NCBI GenBank assembly: GCA_964559215.1
Contig: CAZLFZ010000002.1
Span: 18,195-82,194, forward strand
DNA length: 64,000 nucleotides
Direction of reading: 5' to 3'
Source of the DNA: an uncultured archaeon
GTDB lineage: Archaea > Aenigmatarchaeota > Aenigmatarchaeia > QMZP01 > JAFGSV01
In this document: positions 38,276 to 48,800 of the stretch, piece by piece
How positions within the stretch are numbered: position 1 is the stretch's first letter
Layout of the letters: each line of letters begins with the position of its first letter
Translations under genes and position numbers: made by a program
The notes under the pieces: model-generated
What the model saw: the letters and a program-made list of their open reading frames with translations, nothing else
Databases searched by the model: none
Told to the model about the DNA's origin: nothing

Positions 38276-40168
38276 ATGCTCAAAAGCATAACCTTCATCC
38301 TTGTGCTCCTCACATGCTTTACGTGCTTGCCTCATGCTTCCGCCCTGTTAATAGCAGACCCTGAGAACGTCACGTACATGTTGGCTGAGGTGACGCAGTC
38401 CGGTAATCTGAAGCTCAATTCGAAATCGGGGGCCTCACTGGCGGAAGAGCTGAGGCTGAGCATTTACATCCCTCAGAATGATTCCAGGCAGAAATCCGGT
38501 ATCACCAAGGTCATAGGCCCTGACAGTTATAGAATAGGCGAGGACAAGCACGGGAATGCGCAAATAATCCTGGAGTGGGAGAATCCGCCCCTGGACTGCA
38601 ATATCAGCTACCTCGTGGAGATGCGAGTCGAGGTAGAATCAAAATCAAGCCGGGCAAGCAGGGATTTTCGGGTGACACCACTTGTCATGCCCTCGGCCAA
38701 GATAATAGAGACAGCGTACATGGTCGCCGGCGGGCAGAACAGCGTTGAAAAAATGCTTTCAGTCGGTGCGTGGGTCAAGGAGCATGTGAAATACGACATG
38801 GCATGGGAGAATGTAACCCTGGCCGCGGGATGGGTACATGAACATGGAAGGGGGACCTGCGACGAGTATTCCAACCTGTATCTATCGATGCTCAAGGTGC
38901 TGGGATACAGGTCATGGTATGTTGCTGGTTTTGCATATCTTGGGGGGGAGAAGGGGTGTTCCGGCTCTTTCGGTGCACACGCCTGGGCCGAGGCGGAGCT
39001 GGACGGGAAAACATACAGCATAGACCCGACCTGGGCGGAGTCTCCCGTGGACGCCACCCACATAAGCATGGCAAGGCTGCCGGATTCCAACTTCACCGAA
39101 CTCACAGAGGCAAAGAGCAGGGACGTCAAGATAGAATGGGAGAAGCTCGAAACCAGGATTAATTTGCTCGATTACAGGGAAGATCCCAGAATCGATATAA
39201 AATTGGAGGTTGTGCCAGAGACCGTCCAGAGCGGAAAAAACGTGCTTGTTATGGCAGACCTGCTGGCGGATGGCTGCGTGCTCAGCATGATCAACTTGGG
39301 CTCCTGCGTCAGCACAGAAGACGGGCATCCCCTTATCGACATAGCTCAGCCGAAAAAATCTGTTGTGTTTTGCGGCAGGAAAACGGAGTACTGGACGGCA
39401 GCTGCCCCTGGAATAAAGGCGGGGATGATGTACAGGTGCCCCCTTTCAGCAGGCGCTGGGGGAGCCAGGACAGGGGCCAAACTCTCAATTTCGCAAGGCA
39501 TCAGCCCAGGAATCGAACTTGGCGTGTCCACGCAAAAAATACTCGTCCCTGGACAGTCACTGCTCGTTTCGGTCACCGCGAAAAATCCTGGGTTCGGGAA
39601 TCAGGAATTAAGAATTTTCAACATCCTTGACGACCAGATACAGGAAAAGCAGATAAGTCTGGCGGGCAAGGGTTCTGGCAGCCTCAAGTTCGAGCTGACC
39701 GCCCCTCAGAGCGCAGGAAACTACACGCTGACGGCTTTCTCAAGCAGCGGGGACCTGCTTACAGAGACGATAACGGTCATCACCGCTCGGCATATCAAGA
39801 TAACCGAAATTTCGATTCCGGCAAAAATGGAACTGGGGGAAAGCAAAATGATCAACGTGACGTTAAGGAATTTTGGCGAGAGCACGCAAGGGCTGCTGAA
39901 AATTCAAATTTCGGGATACGCTGATTCCAGGACGATCGAAATGGAAGAGAACGGCAGCAAAAGCGTGGGCTTCTCTTACGCTCCAAGCACCGCGGGCGAA
40001 AAGGTGATGAGCATCGCCCTGCTGGACAGCCTTGGCGTGTATCAGGACGCCTGGGTGGGCCACATCGAGGCAGCCCGGGCTTTGTCATTCAAGGAAAGCA
40101 TAGCAAAGCAGATAGAAGATTTCTTCTCCTGGCTTTTCGAGAGCATCCGCTCTATTTTCGGGTTCTAG
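38276..40168 (+). CDS. Secreted transglutaminase-like cysteine protease-domain protein with C-terminal beta-rich domains
   Basis: Signal peptide; candidate Cys-His-Asp triad (GTCDEY ... GAHAWAE ... SIDPTW). Confidence 0.65.
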   Translation: MLKSITFILVLLTCFTCLPHASALLIADPENVTYMLAEVTQSGNLKLNSKSGASLAEELRLSIYIPQNDSRQKSGITKVIGPDSYRIGEDKHGNAQIILEWENPPLDCNISYLVEMRVEVESKSSRASRDFRVTPLVMPSAKIIETAYMVAGGQNSVEKMLSVGAWVKEHVKYDMAWENVTLAAGWVHEHGRGTCDEYSNLYLSMLKVLGYRSWYVAGFAYLGGEKGCSGSFGAHAWAEAELDGKTYSIDPTWAESPVDATHISMARLPDSNFTELTEAKSRDVKIEWEKLETRINLLDYREDPRIDIKLEVVPETVQSGKNVLVMADLLADGCVLSMINLGSCVSTEDGHPLIDIAQPKKSVVFCGRKTEYWTAAAPGIKAGMMYRCPLSAGAGGARTGAKLSISQGISPGIELGVSTQKILVPGQSLLVSVTAKNPGFGNQELRIFNILDDQIQEKQISLAGKGSGSLKFELTAPQSAGNYTLTAFSSSGDLLTETITVITARHIKITEISIPAKMELGESKMINVTLRNFGESTQGLLKIQISGYADSRTIEMEENGSKSVGFSYAPSTAGEKVMSIALLDSLGVYQDAWVGHIEAARALSFKESIAKQIEDFFSWLFESIRSIFGF

Positions 40169-40332
40169 AACGTATACCTTTGAGAGGATGGCCGAGGTTC
40201 CCAATGATACGGCCTTGGCAATGATAACGTAGTTTTATAAAATTTCAATTAATCTGCTGATATGGATATGAATAATGCAGAGGTATCAAGTAAAATTGAA
40301 AGTGGTGAGTATAGAAAAATATTCCTTACATT

Positions 40333-40536
40333 ATGTGTAATTGTACAGATTGTCCGATGCGTGAAGGATACATTCCTGTAAATGGCAACTGTGTTGATTT
40401 TAATTTTAAAACAATAAATCCTGATGGAATGAAGGGGCATGAGCATGCAGTTTACGAGGGTATGACAGAAAGGTGTGAACATGCAGTCATAACGTCTGGA
40501 GAATTGAAAGGTGTGTTCTGTGCATACCCAAAATAA
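40333..40536 (+). CDS. Hypothetical small Cys/His-rich protein in an AT-rich island
   Basis: 67 aa, 8 Cys and 4 His; local GC drop between 40200 and 40600. Confidence 0.25.
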   Translation: MCNCTDCPMREGYIPVNGNCVDFNFKTINPDGMKGHEHAVYEGMTERCEHAVITSGELKGVFCAYPK

Positions 40537-40599
40537 TTTTATCCAGCACCCGGGGATTAAAAATAAGCATTTTTAAGCTTTCTTTGTTTTGATAATAAA

Positions 40600-41394
40600 A
40601 TGAAAGCGAGTCCGTTGAAATTCGTCACCGGAAAGCCAGCGCTGCTGATTGGAAAAAGCCTGATTATCGCGGACCTGCATCTAGGGATAGAAAGGGAATT
40701 CTACCAGTCAGGGATCAAATTCCCCTCGCAGACGGAGAAGATAAAAAAGAGAATCGATGCCCTGGTAAAAACAGCGAGGCCTTCCAGACTCATCCTTCTG
40801 GGAGACGTGAAGCACAAGGTCCCTGGGATTTCCTTGCAGGAACTGAGGGAGATACCGGAATTCCTGGGACATTTTTCAAAAAAACTCGAGGTTGAGATAG
40901 TCCCCGGGAACCACGACGCGGGGATTGAAAAATTCGTTCCGCCCGGCGTAAAGATCCATCCCAGCTCCGGTTTTAAATTGGGTGACGTTTATCTGAATCA
41001 CGGCCACACCTGGCCCAGCCCGGATTTCCTTGAATGCAGGCAGATAGTGATCGGGCACCAGCACCCGCTAGTGGAATTCAGGGACAAGCTCAGGTACAGG
41101 TTCGTTGAACCGGTCTGGACCAAGGGGAGGCTGAACAGGGAAAAAATCAAATGCCGTTATAAAAAAATAATAAATAATAATAAAAATCCAGGCCCCCTGC
41201 CCGACGTGGTCATAATGCCGGCCTTCAACGAGGTGGCCGGAGGGGTCGCGATAAACGGCAAAACAGACCGGGAATTCATGAAAAAATTCATAGGGCCTGT
41301 GATAAAGGCTGTTGATGATAAAACAGTCAGGATCTATCTGTTGGACGGGACATACCTAGGCAGGCTTGCGGACATAAAAAAGGCCAAACTTTAA
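40600..41394 (+). CDS. Calcineurin-like metallophosphoesterase
   Basis: Metallophosphoesterase motifs ADLHLG, LLGDVKH, GNHD, NHGH and GHQHP. Confidence 0.7.
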   Translation: MKASPLKFVTGKPALLIGKSLIIADLHLGIEREFYQSGIKFPSQTEKIKKRIDALVKTARPSRLILLGDVKHKVPGISLQELREIPEFLGHFSKKLEVEIVPGNHDAGIEKFVPPGVKIHPSSGFKLGDVYLNHGHTWPSPDFLECRQIVIGHQHPLVEFRDKLRYRFVEPVWTKGRLNREKIKCRYKKIINNNKNPGPLPDVVIMPAFNEVAGGVAINGKTDREFMKKFIGPVIKAVDDKTVRIYLLDGTYLGRLADIKKAKL

Positions 41395-41420
41395 TTAAAC
41401 TCGGGAATGGAAATAATATT

Positions 41421-42770
41421 ATGTACTCGGGAAAAATGCGGGAAATATTGAAAAAGAAGGGAATAAAGGTCGGGGGCAGGATTATCGTGGAAAAGGCTGG
41501 CAGGCGATACACCGGCATCCTGATGCCCAGGATAGAGCTCGGGAACAGGAACTGTATCGTGATAAAACTTGATAATGGTTATAATGTGGGCATCGATTGC
41601 AAGAATGCGAAGGTATCGAAATCCAAGACTCCCGAGCCGTTAGCCGTGCTTGAGGAGGAAGAATTCGAGCTTGGCAGGGTCAAGCCAGAGCTGGCAAAGG
41701 TGAAGTTCAAAAAGAACAAGCCCCAGGTATCCATCATCACGACGGGAGGGACCATAACAAGCAGGGTGGACTACAAGACAGGCGGCGTGACCGCCCTGAT
41801 GAGCCCTGAAGAGATGCTGTATAACATCCCTGAACTGGCGGATTTCGTCAGCCTGCGTATGCTGAACCCCTTCAGCATAATGAGCGAGAGCATGACCCAC
41901 CTGCACTGGCAAAAACTGGCCAAGGTTGTGGCCAGTGAGCTGAAAAAGAGCAAGGGCGTTATAGTCACGCACGGGACGGATACATTGCATTTCACGGCCG
42001 CGACCCTTTCATTCATGCTTCCTGATTTGGGCAAACCCGTTGTTCTTGTAGGGGCGCAGAGGTCAACCGACAGGGGATCGAGCGACGGTGCATTCAACCT
42101 GATTTGCGGCGCAAGGGTCGCCCTGTCTAACATGGCCGCGGTGGGGATATGCATGCACGGGACCATGAGCGACGATTACTGCATATTCACGAGGGGGACG
42201 AAGGTGCGCAAGATGCATGCAAGCAGGAGGGATGCATTCAGGCCCATAAACGACCTGCCCCTGGCAAAGGTCTGGCCTGACGGCAAGATTGAAAAGATGC
42301 AAAAAGTCCCCGCCCGCAGCAATAGCGTTGCAAAGGCCGATACCGCATTCGAGCCAAAGGTCGCGTTGATAAAATCATACCCCGGCTGCAGTCCTGGCAT
42401 AATAGATTATTATGTCGGTAAGGGATACAGGGGCCTTGTCCTGGAGGCAACGGGTCTTGGACAGCTACCCACATACGGAAAAGTTTCCTGGATTAGCAGC
42501 ATAAAGCATGCGACGGAAAAGGGCGTGCTTGTTTGCGGGGCCGCCGAGACATTGTACGGCAGGCTGAACCCGAATGTCTACTCAGAGGGCAGGATGTGCA
42601 GGGAGGCCGGAGTCTTGTATCTGCAGGACATGCTGCCGGAGACGGCTTACGTGAAGCTCGGCTGGGTGCTCGGGCATGTTAAAAGCGTTGAAAAGGCAAA
42701 GGAGATGATGCTCACCGATTATGCCGGAGAGATAACGAAAAGAACCTTGCCGAGAACGTTTCTGATCTGA
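41421..42770 (+). CDS. gatD: Glutamyl-tRNA(Gln) amidotransferase subunit D
   Basis: GatD-specific N-terminal domain plus an asparaginase-like domain (ITTGGTI, HGTDT). Confidence 0.85.
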   Translation: MYSGKMREILKKKGIKVGGRIIVEKAGRRYTGILMPRIELGNRNCIVIKLDNGYNVGIDCKNAKVSKSKTPEPLAVLEEEEFELGRVKPELAKVKFKKNKPQVSIITTGGTITSRVDYKTGGVTALMSPEEMLYNIPELADFVSLRMLNPFSIMSESMTHLHWQKLAKVVASELKKSKGVIVTHGTDTLHFTAATLSFMLPDLGKPVVLVGAQRSTDRGSSDGAFNLICGARVALSNMAAVGICMHGTMSDDYCIFTRGTKVRKMHASRRDAFRPINDLPLAKVWPDGKIEKMQKVPARSNSVAKADTAFEPKVALIKSYPGCSPGIIDYYVGKGYRGLVLEATGLGQLPTYGKVSWISSIKHATEKGVLVCGAAETLYGRLNPNVYSEGRMCREAGVLYLQDMLPETAYVKLGWVLGHVKSVEKAKEMMLTDYAGEITKRTLPRTFLI

Positions 42771-42810
42771 ATCAAAAATGTAAGAAATATACAGGAAGTA
42801 TAGGCACGAA

Positions 42811-43287
42811 TTACAGCAAATTTCCATTTTTGTCGATTTCGCCTTTTCTTATCCTGGCATCGGAGATGGGCTTTCCGTCATCAGCAAGGACCCATCCTAT
42901 TTCGATGATTTTCAAGGGTGACAGACCTTTGTCCTTTCTGATGTCATTTATTTTCTCGGCGTTTGGCCTGGTTTGATGTGAAACGATTATATGCGTCAAT
43001 TTGGGCCTTAAACCGGGGGTGAAGGGGTCTTCTATCTTGACTATCTCTGCTTTTTTAATCCAATTTTTCTCTTTTAGAAATTCAAGCAGACTGTGCTTTC
43101 TTTTTTCAAAACTCTCTATTTTCTCAGACAGGGATTTGCTTTTCACGAACGCATCTGACGTTATGCAGACCAGAACCTTGTCCCCTGTCTCAAAGGCTTT
43201 CTGGATTAGTGTCTTGTGGCCGAGATGCAAATTATCGAAAGTCCCCCCGATGACGACATGGCTCAGGCTCATAATTATATTTATCAT
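42811..43287 (-). CDS. Archaeal phosphopantetheine adenylyltransferase (cytidylyltransferase-like)
   Basis: VVIGGTFDNLHLGH nucleotidyltransferase motif; about 155 aa. Confidence 0.75.
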   Translation of the reverse strand: MINIIMSLSHVVIGGTFDNLHLGHKTLIQKAFETGDKVLVCITSDAFVKSKSLSEKIESFEKRKHSLLEFLKEKNWIKKAEIVKIEDPFTPGLRPKLTHIIVSHQTRPNAEKINDIRKDKGLSPLKIIEIGWVLADDGKPISDARIRKGEIDKNGNLL

Positions 43288-43307
43288 ATATAATCTAAAA
43301 ATAAGTT

Positions 43308-44222
43308 ATGGCAAAAATAATTGCTGGCTCTAGCTCATCCGAGCTCGCACTAAAGATATCTGCCATGGCTAAAATCCCTGTGATACAGAAAATCATCAGG
43401 AAATTCCCAGACGGAGAAACATATGTGAAATTGGAGCGCAGCAATTTTAAGGGCGAAAAGGTTTTTATAATCCATTCTTTATACCCCGCACAGAATGAAA
43501 GTCTGATCGAATTGTTTCTGACGATTGACATGGTCAAGGAAAACGGCGGCCACCCGTATCTTGTAATACCGTATTTCGCATACGGCCGGCAGGACAAGGT
43601 CTTCCAGCCTGGAGAGGCATTTTCCCTTAAAAGCCTTGGCAAAATCCTGCACTCGCTCGGCCCCGAAAAAATAATAACGGTCGATGCCCATTTTTACCGC
43701 CAGACAGGAGATTTCGATTTTTTCGGTACAAAAGCGACAAACGTCTCTGCAGTTACATTACAAATTTCGCACGCAAAAAAAATCATCAGGGGTGAATTTT
43801 CTGTCGCTGGTCCGGACGAGGGTTCAAAAGATTTCTTGTCGGGAATGAAAGATGCCATCTTCCTGCGAAAGGAGAAATACTGCCCAGTTTGCAAGATGCC
43901 GGCAACAAAATGCGAATGCAAAACACCCGTGAAAAAATACGTGATTAAAACAGTGGTTCCGGAAAATCTTGCTAACAAGAACGTACTTCTTCTTGATGAC
44001 ATGATAACCACTGGCTCAACTGTAATAGAAGCCGCAAAAGCCCTCAAGGCAAAAAACAACAAGGTTTTTGTTTCCTGCACCCACGGCTTGTTCCTTGGCG
44101 ATTCGCTTAAAACGTTAAAGAAATACGCTGATTGCGTTTTCGCCACAGACACCGTTAAATCAGAGGTCAGCAAAATCTCTGTTGCTGCATTGCTGGCGGA
44201 AGAAATAAAGAAGATGGTTTGA
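43308..44222 (+). CDS. prs: Ribose-phosphate pyrophosphokinase (PRPP synthetase) with a Cys-rich insertion in the flexible-loop region
   Basis: PRPP-binding site LLLDDMITTGST; insertion YCPVCKMPATKCECK immediately upstream of it. Confidence 0.8.
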   Translation: MAKIIAGSSSSELALKISAMAKIPVIQKIIRKFPDGETYVKLERSNFKGEKVFIIHSLYPAQNESLIELFLTIDMVKENGGHPYLVIPYFAYGRQDKVFQPGEAFSLKSLGKILHSLGPEKIITVDAHFYRQTGDFDFFGTKATNVSAVTLQISHAKKIIRGEFSVAGPDEGSKDFLSGMKDAIFLRKEKYCPVCKMPATKCECKTPVKKYVIKTVVPENLANKNVLLLDDMITTGSTVIEAAKALKAKNNKVFVSCTHGLFLGDSLKTLKKYADCVFATDTVKSEVSKISVAALLAEEIKKMV

Positions 44223-44288
44223 GTCCTTCCTGTACTATGAAGATTCCTGTTCAAATCCTAGAGAACTTCCAGGACTTTCGGATGAAGG

Positions 44289-45851
44289 CTAAGGCTCACT
44301 TTGCTCACCGAGGTCCTGCTTGACGGTTTCCAGCACCGAGGCTCCTCCGCCCCCCGCCTTCCTGAATTTTTTCAGATAAACCACAGCAGCCAGTACCACC
44401 AGTACCGCCACTATAGCTACTCCCGCTACCAATGTCCAGGGGATTTCCTCGAGGCCTGGTACAGCGGAAGGTGCCGCCGATTTCTCCTTGCATGCGAGCG
44501 TTGATGAGTCGCAGCCGTAGGTGCATGCTTCAATCGTGTCCCATTTCGTTCCGTCTGCCGAGCACTGCTGCAGGTTGTTCCCACTACACCTCTTCGTGCT
44601 GGCTGTGCAAATTTGCGTAGGTGCCGAGGGTGCCTCTTCTTCCAGAGATGCCGCGTATATCTCTGAACTCATGTCGTTCAGGACCGCATTGCTTTTCTGA
44701 CCGCTCACTTCATAAGTGACCGTTATCTCCTGGTCCAGGCTTATTTCTGGGTACAGGATGACCCAGGATGGGTCTTCTTCGGCTATCTCCACACTGGCAC
44801 CAGGAGCGGTTACCGTAACAAGGCTTGCGTTATTAGCGAAAGTCTTGGGAACGCTTTCGAAAAGTATAAAGTCCCTGACCTTTTTCTCTCCAGAGTATTT
44901 CATTTTGGTTGTTATCCTTGAATTCGTACCGGTATAATTGAACATCCTTGTAGCTGAAATGTTAGAAGTTATGCTGGCTGAAATCCTCAGCAAGTTTTCC
45001 TTTGCCTGCTCACTTAACTTTCCTTTTGCCAAGACTTTTTCTATTGCAGCCAGCAGTTTGGTGTTGTTCCTCAAGCCGACTCCAGGAACAAGCGTCGGTC
45101 TTTGTGTCCTGTTTTGTGGTAATCCACCTAAGGATGGCCCTGAAGGACCGCGTCCAGAGGGTCCCTCCTCTTCTGTGACATCTATAGGAATATTTATGGT
45201 TTTTGAATCCGCATTTGATGATGATATGTATATTTGTATGTTAGAATCAGAGATGCCACTGCCAAAGCTTATCGTCCATGATGTGCCCCAATTTTCATCA
45301 GAATCCAGAGCAGATTCGGTTTGTGTGAGGCTGTCTGTAGTAGAGACGCCACTAGGCAAAGTTAATGTTGCGCTGACGTCATTGGCCGCTGTTTCCCCCG
45401 AATTCTTTATATTCAGATTTATCGTGCTGAAGCCGCTCGGGTCAGAATAGGAGGTTGGTGAATAGGAGTTTATCTCGATGTTGGGCGGCAATACGATGTT
45501 AAATAGACTAGAGGCTTTATCCTCCCCCGAACATCCTTCTGAAACACTAACAGACACCTTTTGTCCTGTTGCCTTGCCAGAGCTGATCACGGTTGTCCAG
45601 GAAACACTTGATTTACCGGTTACAGATTTTGTTTCGCTTTCCGTCACGCTACATACAGGGCAATCATCTAAGTTAAGGTATGCCTGATTACACGATCCTG
45701 ACCAGTCAGAAGCAGTCACGGTGAACGTCTTCCCTTTCATGACAGTTCCTGGATCCGCACCGGCCTGTGTCACCGTAACCGACATCGCGGCCTGAACATT
45801 CGGGACCAGCATCAAAGAGACAAAAAGCGCAAAAATGTATCTCATTTCCAT
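44289..45851 (-). CDS. Membrane-anchored cell-surface protein (signal peptide, C-terminal TM and basic tail)
   Basis: 520 aa, Ser/Thr-rich, CxxC pairs near the C-terminus. The start overlaps the giant gene's stop, so the two are operonic. Confidence 0.6.
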   Translation of the reverse strand: MEMRYIFALFVSLMLVPNVQAAMSVTVTQAGADPGTVMKGKTFTVTASDWSGSCNQAYLNLDDCPVCSVTESETKSVTGKSSVSWTTVISSGKATGQKVSVSVSEGCSGEDKASSLFNIVLPPNIEINSYSPTSYSDPSGFSTINLNIKNSGETAANDVSATLTLPSGVSTTDSLTQTESALDSDENWGTSWTISFGSGISDSNIQIYISSSNADSKTINIPIDVTEEEGPSGRGPSGPSLGGLPQNRTQRPTLVPGVGLRNNTKLLAAIEKVLAKGKLSEQAKENLLRISASITSNISATRMFNYTGTNSRITTKMKYSGEKKVRDFILFESVPKTFANNASLVTVTAPGASVEIAEEDPSWVILYPEISLDQEITVTYEVSGQKSNAVLNDMSSEIYAASLEEEAPSAPTQICTASTKRCSGNNLQQCSADGTKWDTIEACTYGCDSSTLACKEKSAAPSAVPGLEEIPWTLVAGVAIVAVLVVLAAVVYLKKFRKAGGGGASVLETVKQDLGEQSEP

Positions 45852-48800
45852 TTTTCCTCACCAACTCTGAACCAGCTGTTGACAATTTCTACGGACCCTG
45901 TATAATTGGCTTCTATCCTGACCATGTAGTCACCTTCACTCCATTTATCAGCGGGGTGGTTTATTTTCAATATACCGTATCCATCGGGGCCTGTTACATT
46001 CTTAACATTCGTGATGGTATAGCCTGCACCCTCCTGCAGCAGGTTGGAACCGAACATACCGCACAGCATGACCGATTTAACCGAAAGCACCGTGTTTTGT
46101 TTTGGTGTCTGATCAAAGTCATATGCCCTCAAAAGGAATGTTACGTTCTCGTCTTCTTTTATCTCCCATTTGTCTTTAACCAGCAATGCATCCGTCACGT
46201 TGAATTCCAATATTCTCCACTCAGGTTGTTCTTCCCAGGATGCATTTTCAATCCACTCATCGAATCTTATATTTCCCGACCATATCCCGATTGGGAGATT
46301 GCCCCAGTTTTCCCTTGTGCTTCCCAGTTCTGTGGAATTGAAGTCATAGTAGTCTGAAAATGCTGGTTGCCCTATGCTTTCGTTTCTCCACCAGTCTTCT
46401 GTTATCTGCAGGTCGTCATCAACCAAAATGTTGGTTAGGTTTTGTTCGCCATCATCCCTGTCGTCAAAGAGCACGGCGTAGAATGTTTTGTTAATAGCCC
46501 CGTCCATATTAAAATCGACGCCCATTTCCGTTTCTTTGAAAACTTTAAAGTAGCTGTTTGTGTTGTCTCTCTGTCTCACGTCTACCAGAGGCCTCGAACC
46601 AATTACAGAATGGTTTGCTATTATCAAACCTTCCCATGGACCTGGGCCTATTTTTGCAAGATACAAGTCTGTTGCAAAGGATTCGCCCATCGCCGCGCTC
46701 ACGGCATTGGAGAAATTGCCGTCTGTGTCAAACCATGCTACTTTCGCACACTCTTCCATCTCCCAGTTGTCGCACATCGGATAGTTTTGAGTACCGCCAG
46801 CCAATATGATATCGTAATAAACGCCCCATATGCTGACATTGGGCATGTAACCCCATTCAATGCCCCATTCTTGGTTGTTGGTGTCATTCCTCATTGGCTT
46901 GATAACACTTGAGTTCACCCCAGGCACTCCGAAGGATGCCCTGTAGCAAGGGCCACCACACCCTGACTCATCATAAATATCTATCCTTAATACAGTCAAG
47001 TTGTAGGTCTTGCCTTGAACGTCGAGTAAAAGTGAGTCTCCTTCAGTATAATTCGTTTCGCTGCCGGTGAAGTTGCAGCTGGTGTCGTTACTGTACAAGA
47101 GTTGATCGTCATGACTGTAAAGGTAATAGCGATCCTCTTCGTGGTCTCTTAATAGGGTACAGTTGCTCCAGTTAGCTGCGCACATTGAAGGCGGGACGCA
47201 TTCTTCAGGACCAAACCCAAACGGGTCCGCATGCGTAAGTATGCCCTCGACAATGTTGCTCTCGTTTCTCCTGTCCGCTCTTATTCGGGCAACTTCACCG
47301 TAATTTTCCCAATCGAATCGAAGCGTTGGCAATTCTTTGAAGGAGCTGACATAGTGTGCATCCCCCGTGTGGCTATCAACAAGGAATGCTCTCATCGTTG
47401 CCCTCGGCCATTTCCACTCATCCAATTTCTCAACATCGCCGTCCTTTTTGGCTTCCACGCTGAATATGTACTCTCCCGCCGATGGGTATCCGAGCTCTGT
47501 GAGATTAATCTCGATTTCGTCTATATCGCTTATCGACTTGTTGGGTATGGTTGAAGTTAACTCGACAAATTGGGTGCCCTGCTCATCCTTGATTTTTAAC
47601 CAATGTATGGAAACATTGGCCGTTGTCGGCTGGCCTGCAGGGGTTCTCACGATTATCGGTATTTTTATCTTACTGCCGATCTTGAATTCTCCAAGCTCTC
47701 CCCAGTCACCCTTCTCCTTGGAGTATAACTTTATTCTGTTCGCACTCGCATCAATGCTTAAAAGTGTCACCGTGTCGTTGAATCCGAAGGTCCTCGTTGC
47801 TTTATTTGAATCAATGGGTATTATCTGAGACGTATTGGTGAAGTTTTCATCTAAAGAATAGAAGAACGTGTCGTAAATGGACTTTGTCACATTATCCGAT
47901 AAAGCAAAGACCAGGCTCGTATTCTTAAGTCCGTCCCCATTCAAATCGAGACCGCTTGCACCTTCTTTGCCCCATTTTCCCAAATATTCTTCCTCGATCT
48001 TGCCTATAAGAATTGTCCCGCTCTTCGAGAGGTTTGTATTGATGTATATCCCGCTCCCGGAGAGTACATTAACGCCTGTTAGTTCCACAACCCTCTTCGT
48101 CAGTTTCTTTACTTTCCACTCACCACCATAAGGATCGGTGATTATCTCGTTAATCCTTTTACCCATTTCTCCCGTGAAATCCAGATCTTTGCTCATAAAC
48201 AGGTTGGTGGTGTTGTGATAAATGTAAACGGGCTTCGAGTTATTGATTCCCAGTTCCTCCCCGATCCATTCATCTTGAATCAGGTCTCTATAACCATGAT
48301 AAATCTCCGTATAGTCAGAATTCGCGGGTTTCAGTGAGTATTGAATTTGATCGCAACCTTGAGGGCCGCAATTCATCTCAGCCTCTCCGCAGATCCTTCC
48401 ATCGGCGTGCCTTACGGCCACCATCCTCTCATCATTTGCATCGCTGACGCTTACAACACTCCAGTTCCTGCTGGAGAAATTGTAGAATACGCTGCCATTC
48501 ACCAGGGGTTCTGATGTGTTTAAATTTCCAGTTTCGTTTACCCATATGGCCGTTGAATTGGAAACGACGTAAACGGTTGTTTCGTTTACGCAGTCCTGAT
48601 ACGTTTGATGCCATTCTCCCTGAAGGCCTATACAGAATTTATTCCCATAGTTCTTGGAATATTTTTCTGACACCGTGATATTTATCGATTCGCCGTTAAT
48701 GGAGATTATATTTTTGGTATTGCCGGGTGCTATCCTGATTTTTTCTTCATCATCTTCCCCGTTGACATCCTTGCCAACGTCTATGACGTACCATTCAGTG

